Source of the DNA: a virus
Length of the DNA: 64,000 bases
Virus record (IMG/VR): IMGVR_UViG_3300048997_000353
Span: 1 to 64,000 of that record
Direction: 5' to 3' (one strand)
Below, piece by piece: positions 56,909 to 63,864 of the stretch (within the stretch, counting starts at the first letter, position 1; the number at the start of each line of letters is the position of its first letter). The notes under the pieces were generated by a model. The model was not told where the DNA came from. It made no database searches and saw only the letters and a list, made by a program, of their open reading frames with translations. The position numbers and the translations under genes were made by a program.

Positions 56909-57388
56909 TTATTCCAACGATTCGACCAAGCTGGTGCCCGGTCCGCACTCAAGCGCAGTGAGCTGCCGCCCACTACCGGGCAGAGAATTGGTGCGGACGG
57001 TAGGATTTTCACCCACACTTTCAGCTTTAGAGGCCGACGTGCCTGACACCGCGTCCGCAGTGTATTTCCAAAGTCGGTAGTTCTTCAGCGCCGCGCGCTG
57101 TTCCCCCGTGATCGGAGCCGTGGCAATCGCCGTAAATCCAAAGTTATTATCCGGTTCGGTCCAGAGGTAGTGCGGGATGTAGTTGGCTTGCAGCTTCGCC
57201 ACGACGCGGCGCAAAGCGGCCACACCGGGCAGGCCGACGACGATGATATTGGGAACGAGATCTTCGTTGGGGTGCTGGATGGCGGCGAGATGGAAAACTG
57301 CATGATTGGCTTGAACGATTTGGTGAGCGACAGGAATGTCCTGTCTAACGAAAACGTACACTGCATGGTCAGTGGGAATCTATGTCAT
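56909..57388 (-). CDS. Pth2-like peptidyl-tRNA hydrolase with an in-frame TAG at codon 3
   Basis: YVFVRQD...QIVQANHA...IIVVG...WTEPD...TAIATAP...LKNYRLW matches the PTH2 family pattern; the frame begins ATG ACA TAG ATT CCC ACT GAC CAT GCA GTG TAC. Confidence 0.82.
56932..56981 (-). ncRNA. 50-nt tRNA-like mini RNA with acceptor stem and ACCA end
   Basis: GCCCGGT AGTGGGC GGCA GCTCACT GCGC TTGA GTGC GG ACCGGGC ACCA: perfect 7-bp acceptor stem plus two hairpins. Confidence 0.6.
56989..57058 (-). tRNA. Atypical 70-nt tRNA with CUA anticodon (short D arm, non-canonical T loop)
   Basis: GCGGACG CG GTG TCAGG CAC G TCGGC CTCTAAA GCTGA AAGT GTGGG TGAAAAT CCTAC CGTCCGC A CCA. Confidence 0.8.
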
Positions 57389-57395
57389 GGCGAGC

Positions 57396-57424
57396 ATTCT
57401 CTGCGTGAACGATGGTGAAGTCAA
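57396..57424 (-). promoter_or_regulatory. Sigma70-type promoter predicted to give a leaderless pth2-like mRNA
   Basis: TTGACT-17bp-GAGAAT, then 7 nt to the ATG at 57388; no Shine-Dalgarno sequence. Confidence 0.65.
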
Positions 57425-57425
57425 C

Positions 57426-57454
57426 AAAAAAAAGGGCGAGCGTTTCTCGCGCCC
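57426..57454 (-). terminator. Rho-independent terminator
   Basis: GGGCGCGAG AAACG CTCGCCC followed by T8 on the minus strand. Confidence 0.8.
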
Positions 57455-57483
57455 GCCCTAAACCAACACCCCATTTTCGAAAG

Positions 57484-57768
57484 TTATGCCGAGGCTCCCC
57501 TAGCCTTGGCTCGCAGTTCTTGCTCCGCGTGGATCGCTGGCTCCGCGTCCTGCAGTGGCCGAATAATCCAGAGCGTGCGCTGTCCGGCGGGAACGAAGCT
57601 CGCGATCGAATGGCCTTCCTTGCAGCCAACCGTGAAAGCCTGGCTGCCGTAGACAACTTCGAAATTGCCTTGTTCACCGTCCAGGATGTCGGCCAAGTTT
57701 GGATTGTTGCTGACGTAAATTCCTGTCCGTTGCTGCTGTTGTTGCAATGGGGTTTGTCGATCTAACAT
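57484..57768 (-). CDS. Hypothetical protein
   Basis: GAGGTG RBS; 94 aa; followed by a terminator. Confidence 0.65.
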   Translation of the reverse strand: MLDRQTPLQQQQQRTGIYVSNNPNLADILDGEQGNFEVVYGSQAFTVGCKEGHSIASFVPAGQRTLWIIRPLQDAEPAIHAEQELRAKARGASA

Positions 57769-57877
57769 TGGTGTTCACCTCTCAGTTTAGGCTGCGCAAC
57801 CCTCAAGGCTGCCTACGGGAAAGATGGCACAGTTCCATATGCAAGGGAATCGGGTGCCTGTTGAAACGCTGTGGAAA

Positions 57878-58240
57878 TCAGTGGAAAAGTTTTGCGGAAA
57901 GTTTAAGTGGCGGGAATAATTTTGGCGAGCGCAGTAGTTCGATGATTGGCTTGTCTGCCTCTAGCACGTGCCATGTATCAGGCACGACTCCGTAATTCTT
58001 CCATGCCTTTTCCACCATGATGTTCAAATCCCTGATCGTGATCGTGGCTACTTCAATCGGACTCTTTCCCCACTTCCCACCGGCAAAAGTATAAACACCT
58101 CCGGAATCCACCGAATAATTCCCAGGTTTTATTTCGCTCGGAAAACTGAAGATCCGAAACGGCCAGGAGCGCGCAGCGGCCGTAGCTGCCACGCCGCCTA
58201 CGATCATGCCCAAGAATCCGCGTCTTGAAAGATTACTCAT
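57878..58240 (-). CDS. Protein with twin-arginine (Tat-like) N-terminus
   Basis: MSNLSRRGFLGMIVGGVAATAAA. Confidence 0.65.
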   Translation of the reverse strand: MSNLSRRGFLGMIVGGVAATAAARSWPFRIFSFPSEIKPGNYSVDSGGVYTFAGGKWGKSPIEVATITIRDLNIMVEKAWKNYGVVPDTWHVLEADKPIIELLRSPKLFPPLKLSAKLFH

Positions 58241-58433
58241 AGAGTTTCTCCACGCGCCGCAAGCAGGCGACGATTTCAGGTTCAACTTGTTGCAGCTTGA
58301 GTGTGCCCATCACCACGCGTTCGATATGACGGTTGGCGACGCCCAGCTCCGTCCAACATCGCGCGCCATCGCCTCGCGTTTCGGCGCGCAACTGGATTGT
58401 GTTCCGTCGTTGAATGTAATCTTCAAGAATCAT
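58233..58433 (-). CDS. Hypothetical protein
   Basis: 66-aa ORF overlapping the start of the next gene. Confidence 0.5.
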   Translation of the reverse strand: MILEDYIQRRNTIQLRAETRGDGARCWTELGVANRHIERVVMGTLKLQQVEPEIVACLRRVEKLYE

Positions 58434-58485
58434 GAATTTTAATGGGACGGTTGGTCACCAGTTATTCCCCGGCAGGGGTGACTCC

Positions 58486-58533
58486 ACGGTACGCCTTCAC
58501 AAGCAGCGTTTCGTCTCACGACTCTTCAGCCGC
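58486..58533 (-). ncRNA. Type I hammerhead ribozyme
   Basis: GCGG CUGAAGA GUC GUGA GAC GAAA CGC UG CUU GUG AAG GCG UA CCGU: intact CUGANGA / GAAA / GUH core with stems I-III. Confidence 0.85.
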
Positions 58534-58609
58534 TAATAACGCCGGGCCAGATGTCAGCAAGACCGTCCCGTCGCTGACCCACGGATCGTACTGCAACATG
58601 CCTTAAATT

Positions 58610-58685
58610 TGGTGGACCTGACCGGCTATGATCCGGCTGCCTCCTGATTGCAAAACAGGCGCTCTCCCAATTGAGCTACAGGCCC
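58610..58685 (-). tRNA. tRNA-Ala(UGC) with aberrant T loop
   Basis: GGGCCTG...TTTGCAA anticodon loop...GCCGG ATCATAG CCGGT CAGGTCC A CCA; G3:U70 Ala identity pair present. Confidence 0.88.
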
Positions 58686-58695
58686 ACAAGAAATT

Positions 58696-59001
58696 CTACG
58701 CTACTTCCGGCAAATAGATGATCCATTGGTGGCCCTGACTGCACCGCGCCGTTTTGTTTCCGAGATCGACGGTGGTCGCGAGATCAAGTGCGTGGCAAGT
58801 TGGGCAAACAATTTGCTCGGCTGGAATATCCTTGCCGGCCACGGTCACATATTGAATTTCCCGGTCCATCGCTTCCTCCACTTTCTCGACTTCTTCCGGA
58901 TCACACAGAAATGCTGAGTCTCCAATGTAAATAATTTCACGGTCGGCATCAGCGGCGTCGAACGTGAAAACTCCGTAGCGATCTGCCACGACGATTTTCA
59001 T
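58696..59001 (-). CDS. Hypothetical Zn-ribbon protein
   Basis: MKIVVADRY start; CPTC...CSQGH. Confidence 0.6.
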   Translation of the reverse strand: MKIVVADRYGVFTFDAADADREIIYIGDSAFLCDPEEVEKVEEAMDREIQYVTVAGKDIPAEQIVCPTCHALDLATTVDLGNKTARCSQGHQWIIYLPEVA

Positions 59002-59327
59002 GTTTCGGTGAACACGATTCCCTTGTCTTGCTCGTACCTGCAACGAATTGTTTTGTCGTTGTGCACAAAAACGACTGACAGAATTGCGTATCGCCCGATT
59101 TTGGTTTCAAGTGGCGTTCCCTCTCCCCACACCGGGAGCGAACTCTTCACGAGCATATTGGCAGCCAGCTTGCAGCGGTCGAGATCATCGCCCGGCTCGC
59201 ACTCAAGACGTAAAATCATGTGATTTCTCTTTTCCACTGGACCGACGTTCCGGATTTTTCCGGCAATGGGCGGATGCCATTCGTTCCCGTAATAGGTGCC
59301 GTTGCACACGACTAGCTTGGTTCTCAT
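58998..59327 (-). CDS. Hypothetical protein
   Basis: MRTKLVV start; ATGA-coupled on both sides. Confidence 0.55.
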   Translation of the reverse strand: MRTKLVVCNGTYYGNEWHPPIAGKIRNVGPVEKRNHMILRLECEPGDDLDRCKLAANMLVKSSLPVWGEGTPLETKIGRYAILSVVFVHNDKTIRCRYEQDKGIVFTET

Positions 59328-59560
59328 GGCGACACATCCAGGTTGATTGCTCTTTTGGGAAGCGGCGGCACTTCTTTTCTGAACACGCGGTCCCAATATT
59401 TTTCTTCTGGGAATAACGGCCACCAGCCCCCTGGCGTTCTTTCCCCAACCACTTTCCAAACGATGCCGCACTCGCAGGTTATCGCATCGCCTTTTTCAAG
59501 GCGGGCATCATCGACTGGCATGAGCCGTATACAATCCGGGCATTGGATGTAGGTATTCAT
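59324..59560 (-). CDS. Small Zn-ribbon protein
   Basis: MNTYIQCPDC...ITCECG after GAGGT. Confidence 0.6.
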   Translation of the reverse strand: MNTYIQCPDCIRLMPVDDARLEKGDAITCECGIVWKVVGERTPGGWWPLFPEEKYWDRVFRKEVPPLPKRAINLDVSP

Positions 59561-59561
59561 G

Positions 59562-60512
59562 TTAAACCTCGAAACCAAATTGCAGATCAGCCAGCCCGGT
59601 TGCTGGAGTTGCTGACCAGGGAAACGGCCACGGTATCCAGGTGATGCCATCCGCGCTGCACTCAGCCGCACCGTCTCTAAAAACGGAATCCGTGGGGAAT
59701 CCTTGCTGCAATCCTTTTCGCAATGGATAACACAAACCATCGCACTGGACGTGCACCACGTCACCTGGCGCCATCACCAGGGGGGTTGCAAACTCCATCC
59801 GTGGTAGCCAGCCGTCCTTGTCCGATATCCCCGAGAATGTGAAGAACTGCGCCACGCCATTGATTCCGACCGTGATCTTCGCGGGCGTGTTCCGGATGGC
59901 GCGGAACCAAAGCGCATACGCAGTGATCGGACTCGATGGCTTAATCACTTCGCGCCCGTGAAACAAGGGATTGCCGACCCACGCTTCCATGTAGCCGATG
60001 CCATCGGCGCATAGCGGCCCCGACAGTCCGAGAATGGGAACGTAGCCAAATCGTTCGGTGCGGTTACCCAATGGGCTGACATACACAACTTTTCCGTCCG
60101 AGGGAAGAATCAACGGTTGCGGCGCATCTTCGTTTGGCGCATTGATGTACAGAGAATCCAGAGAGCAAAAGTTTAGGTCGGGCGCAGGATCAATATTTGT
60201 GAACGACAGCACGTACTGCTTGCCAGCTTCAAACGTGAACAGGTAGGGCAGCCTGAGAACGGGCCAGTCACCAAGAGCCGTGCCCTGCAGGGTCCACGCG
60301 AGATTCGTTCCAATGAGGATGATTTTGATCTGGCCGTTGGTCCCAGCGGCGTACCCTGGCTTGCTGACGATCAGAAACGGCCGCATGGTATCGACCACTA
60401 AAGAATTCTTCAGCCGGAAATGCATTTCAACTGTTTTGTTGCCGTGACCAATCGTGGTGTTGGCGAGCCCATCGGCTGCGAGTGATCCGTAAAATCCGCT
60501 TCGTTGAATCAT
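59562..60512 (-). CDS. Hypothetical beta-rich protein
   Basis: AAGGAG RBS before MIQRSG; 316 aa. Confidence 0.65.
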   Translation of the reverse strand: MIQRSGFYGSLAADGLANTTIGHGNKTVEMHFRLKNSLVVDTMRPFLIVSKPGYAAGTNGQIKIILIGTNLAWTLQGTALGDWPVLRLPYLFTFEAGKQYVLSFTNIDPAPDLNFCSLDSLYINAPNEDAPQPLILPSDGKVVYVSPLGNRTERFGYVPILGLSGPLCADGIGYMEAWVGNPLFHGREVIKPSSPITAYALWFRAIRNTPAKITVGINGVAQFFTFSGISDKDGWLPRMEFATPLVMAPGDVVHVQCDGLCYPLRKGLQQGFPTDSVFRDGAAECSADGITWIPWPFPWSATPATGLADLQFGFEV

Positions 60513-60584
60513 GGTCGGTTCGTTCTCCTTTGACAAATGGCAGAGCATGGAACTTACCTGCATAGCAGGTTAAAGGTCAAGTTT

Positions 60585-60788
60585 TTATTTTTCGTCCTTC
60601 TCGTCCCGCGGGATGCAAACAATCCCCCGGGTCCTGCCAAAATCGTCTTTGATTCTATGGACGCGCAAGCCAGCCGCCTCGCACTTCTTGATTTCGGCGA
60701 TGGTTTCTTCGTTGGTAAAAACATGCGGACCTAATTCCTCGCAGCCCGCTAATAATACTAGCACCAGGAATAATAAAAGTAGCTTCAT
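60585..60788 (-). CDS. Small lipoprotein
   Basis: MKLLLLFLVLVLLAGC lipobox. Confidence 0.75.
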   Translation of the reverse strand: MKLLLLFLVLVLLAGCEELGPHVFTNEETIAEIKKCEAAGLRVHRIKDDFGRTRGIVCIPRDEKDEK

Positions 60789-61135
60789 GGTTTGTACTCC
60801 ACCAAAGCTGGCAGACGGCTCATGATCGACGGAAAAAATTGTGTGGCGAGCTCAAGGCCTTCGGCGAAAGTGTACGTTCCTTCGAGCAGGAATGTGCTGT
60901 TGGAACCGGGACGAGAATCTACACTTTGATCCCAGCACGAAATTGCCGTCCAACCGTCTTTGTGATGCAACGCGGCAACTCCTTGGCTTTGCCCTTTCGG
61001 AGCGAGTATCCCGTCCGGATACCGGCCCCATGGTGACACGAAATCGTGCGGCGCCGATCTCGGTCCCCACGCGCCGCCCGGCTCCCACATGTAATGGCCC
61101 GCTCGTTCGAAGCAGCCGAAATAATAGGCTTTCAT
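60785..61135 (-). CDS. Hypothetical protein
   Basis: GGAGG RBS; coupled ORF. Confidence 0.65.
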   Translation of the reverse strand: MKAYYFGCFERAGHYMWEPGGAWGPRSAPHDFVSPWGRYPDGILAPKGQSQGVAALHHKDGWTAISCWDQSVDSRPGSNSTFLLEGTYTFAEGLELATQFFPSIMSRLPALVEYKP

Positions 61136-61962
61136 TTTGCCTCCTGCGAAGCTTCCGGGGTTGGCGGCTCTGGATACCTGCGTTTAATTTCCTCTTTCTG
61201 TTGCCGGATGCGCTCGTCCATCTCAGGCGTCCGAATGACAACATGGGGAGTGGACGCAGTAACTTTACTTGCCGACGAAGTTGGCTGCATTGCTTGCTGC
61301 ATTTCCTCGGCCGTCATCGGCGGTCGTGTGCGAATCGAGTTGGCTTCGGGCAACTGCCGAACTGGCTCATAAAAACGCTCGAGTATTTTCTGGGCTTCCG
61401 GTCCGCTGATTAAATTCTGGTCACGCTCGATCTCTTCCTGATGCGCGTAGTTCTCCAGGAAATCTTTTTTGCGCCACACGAGGTCGGCCGTTGGACACTC
61501 CCACAAGAAAGCCATCCCGCCGGCAGCCTTGATGGCGCGCACAATTTTTTCATCCAAGGCGGGCGCCCGACGATCGACTCCAAGATCCGGATGAAAATAC
61601 TGCCCGATCCACGCGAGTCCCTCTTGCCAGGATTTTTCAGCGAGAAGGGCCTGCGCGGCACCGTTGGCGGTATCCACGAATTCAAACAGGTGAGCTGGCG
61701 TGGGAAACTGGCAAGCCGATGTTGGCTTGAAGGTGCTTTTCAGTTTCGCGAAGGCTGTTCGCAATCCCTCTTCGGAGAGATCCTTCGTCCTGCGATCCGT
61801 GAACAGGGTTTCAATCCAAAGATCAAAAACTGGCGCGCCCACAATTTTTTCAGTGAGCGTTCCGATCTTTAAGAGTTCCGTCCGAATTAAGGCCTGAGTT
61901 TTCGAGGTTCTGTCGAAGGACTTCGTCTGCATCTGGTCTGCCATTGGTTCTCCTTTTGCCAT
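61132..61962 (-). CDS. Replication partner (helicase loader/inhibitor-like, DUF6475-like)
   Basis: FPTPAHL...AIKAAGG...VWRKKDFLENY; directly after the initiator gene. Confidence 0.6.
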   Translation of the reverse strand: MAKGEPMADQMQTKSFDRTSKTQALIRTELLKIGTLTEKIVGAPVFDLWIETLFTDRRTKDLSEEGLRTAFAKLKSTFKPTSACQFPTPAHLFEFVDTANGAAQALLAEKSWQEGLAWIGQYFHPDLGVDRRAPALDEKIVRAIKAAGGMAFLWECPTADLVWRKKDFLENYAHQEEIERDQNLISGPEAQKILERFYEPVRQLPEANSIRTRPPMTAEEMQQAMQPTSSASKVTASTPHVVIRTPEMDERIRQQKEEIKRRYPEPPTPEASQEAK

Positions 61963-62746
61963 TCGTTTGGGCGGGTGGTTTATCTTCCCATTGATGGCCG
62001 TTCAAAAAAGTGGTGGGATGTGGAATGAATTGGAGTGTGCCGTCCGCGATGCTACTCGACCATTGCTCGGTCTGGCACCAGAGCTCGACCGCTTCGACCA
62101 CCTCGGGCCAGCGGTCGTCGGCCTTTACCTGGGACAGCCAGGCCTTGAGTGCCCGGCCCCGGTGGACCTTCCTCGGGTAGCTGTGCCAGAAGATCGAGAA
62201 CCCTGGCAAGTCAGGCTCGTTTCGGACACTTCTGTCGCCCGGGTTTTGGGCAATGGTTTTAGATTCTAATTCTTCATTCTTACTTCTTAATTCTAGAATA
62301 GGTGCGTCCTCAGTACAGTCCACAGTGCGTCCTCCATGCGTCCTCAGTGTCACGTCAGTACCGTCCTCAGTACACGGCTCATAAATTGGGTACTGCCATG
62401 ACGTTGAAGCATCAGCATTTAGGCGTTGTCCGATGAGTGCGCCGAATTCCGGTTCATACTTGTTGACCAAACACCTGTAGTTCCCCCTACATCCCGGTGT
62501 CCTAAACCTTTTTATGTACGCTTTTTGTTCGATACTCTCAAGGCTCCTCTGGATGTCCCGGAGGGTCGTTCCTCGGGGTGCCGAGGCCAAAAGCTTACCG
62601 GCCGAACCGGTCCAAATCCCGGTCTTGAAGTCGGCCTGCAGGTGGATCACGGTGTACACACCCAGGTCAAAAAAACCCATCTCCCCCTCTTCTAAATGCT
62701 GTTGGATACCGCGGCGGATTTTAATGAAACCCCTGGGGTGTGCCAA
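61850..62746 (-). CDS. Phage replication initiator (lambda O/replisome organiser-like)
   Basis: GFIKIRR N-terminus, wHTH region, FSIFWHSYPRKV...ALKAW...FIPHPTTFLNGHQWED; internal iterons. Confidence 0.85.
   Translation of the reverse strand: MAHPRGFIKIRRGIQQHLEEGEMGFFDLGVYTVIHLQADFKTGIWTGSAGKLLASAPRGTTLRDIQRSLESIEQKAYIKRFRTPGCRGNYRCLVNKYEPEFGALIGQRLNADASTSWQYPIYEPCTEDGTDVTLRTHGGRTVDCTEDAPILELRSKNEELESKTIAQNPGDRSVRNEPDLPGFSIFWHSYPRKVHRGRALKAWLSQVKADDRWPEVVEAVELWCQTEQWSSSIADGTLQFIPHPTTFLNGHQWEDKPPAQTNGKRRTNGRPDADEVLRQNLENSGLNSDGTLKDRNAH
62252..62373. repeat. Putative replication origin: 11-bp iterons plus AT-rich tract
   Basis: cgtcctcagta, agtccacagtg, cgtcctccatg, cgtcctcagtg, cgtcctcagta (62305-62372) next to AT-rich 62252-62300. 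Confidence 0.75.
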
Positions 62747-62963
62747 ACGAACGCCCTCCCTTAAAGAGCGAGGCGAGAAAGGCCGGTGTTAAGGGCACCG
62801 GCCTGGGGCTCGCTTTGAAACCTGACATGGAACCGGACTGAACGATAACTGCGGCAGGGGAACAGGTCAAGTATGCATTGTTGACCAGATGGACAAACTC
62901 ACAACATTCTGCGGATTTCCTGTGAGTTTGCCCTGTGGAAATACTGTGAATGTGTGAATTAAC

Positions 62964-63401
62964 TCAAACAGAACCAGTTGACAAGCCTTCTTTGGCATTC
63001 GCCGAACCCTTACTTAACAGAGACGCTAGATCGTTTCTGTCGCGGTCGGCGATTTCTTTTTCGATCAATCGCTGAAAAATCGCCTCTGCTTCCGGGTGCA
63101 GTTCGAGCCAGGCAATATTTTCTTGCAATTGCTGGCCCTTGAGCTGGACCGCGCGCAATTCGTCATTCATCCGCTTCTGGATCTCGACGATTTGATCCTT
63201 CACGACATCCAGTTCCTGTTTCTGCTTTCCCAGAAATGTAACGGGAACTTTTGCCGTGAACGCGCCAGGCCAATTGCCAGAAGGCTGCGGCAGTCCGCGT
63301 CCTTCCGAAATACCGCCATCGGGCAACGGTTGTTTCTGTGTTGGTTTAACCACTGGTTTGATCCTCCATGTGTGAATGTGAAATAAATCAAGAATGCTCA
63401 T
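62964..63401 (-). CDS. Hypothetical coiled-coil protein
   Basis: 145-aa ORF with heptads. Confidence 0.55.
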   Translation of the reverse strand: MSILDLFHIHTWRIKPVVKPTQKQPLPDGGISEGRGLPQPSGNWPGAFTAKVPVTFLGKQKQELDVVKDQIVEIQKRMNDELRAVQLKGQQLQENIAWLELHPEAEAIFQRLIEKEIADRDRNDLASLLSKGSANAKEGLSTGSV

Positions 63402-63625
63402 AGCACGATCCCGGTTTCCCTTTTGGGCGGCTCGGGAATGACAGGTTTGCGATCCACGGCGTCGGCCAGCTCGCGCAGAAGTTGCGAGAAGCCAGTCGTG
63501 CGATCGTGTTCATACACCTTGCCCGACCACACCACTTTATCGCTGATAAACACCGTGGCTTCGTAATCGGAAATGTTACTGGCGAGGGGCTGCTCGGAAA
63601 GATTCCGAACTCGGATGGTCATCAT
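63398..63625 (-). CDS. Hypothetical protein
   Basis: MMTIRVRN start, ATGA-coupled to the upstream ORF. Confidence 0.55.
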   Translation of the reverse strand: MMTIRVRNLSEQPLASNISDYEATVFISDKVVWSGKVYEHDRTTGFSQLLRELADAVDRKPVIPEPPKRETGIVL

Positions 63626-63864
63626 TGAATGATCTCGCGCGCGTGGTGCAACCGCCGAAACACATTGCCCGCCGCGACCCATCCGTAGGCCATGCCAGTG
63701 TCCCTTGTCAGGATCAGGACTGGCGTGAAGCAGTTCGAACATCCAAGAACCAATGCGTGACGGCCCTGCTGCTGTTGCCTGTAAACGTCAATCGCTTCCT
63801 CGATCGTCAGTCCGTACTTCCGGACGATGATCAGAGGTCCCGGCAGTTTTTGTTGGTTGTTCAA
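63622..63864 (-). CDS. Hypothetical protein
   Basis: 80-aa ORF with CSNC. Confidence 0.5.
   Translation of the reverse strand: MNNQQKLPGPLIIVRKYGLTIEEAIDVYRQQQQGRHALVLGCSNCFTPVLILTRDTGMAYGWVAAGNVFRRLHHAREIIQ

Noticed and set aside
56989-57058. Calling this tRNA-Pyl / a pyrrolysine system
   Set aside because: 5-bp anticodon stem and A73 differ from tRNA-Pyl, and no pylSBCD genes were recognised in the window
58444-58569. 6S RNA-like rod
   Set aside because: Shorter than typical 6S RNA and the apex is fully explained by a hammerhead catalytic core
58610-58685. tRNA 3' end as a prophage attachment site
   Set aside because: No integrase or duplicated tRNA 3' fragment seen, and phage genes continue on both sides
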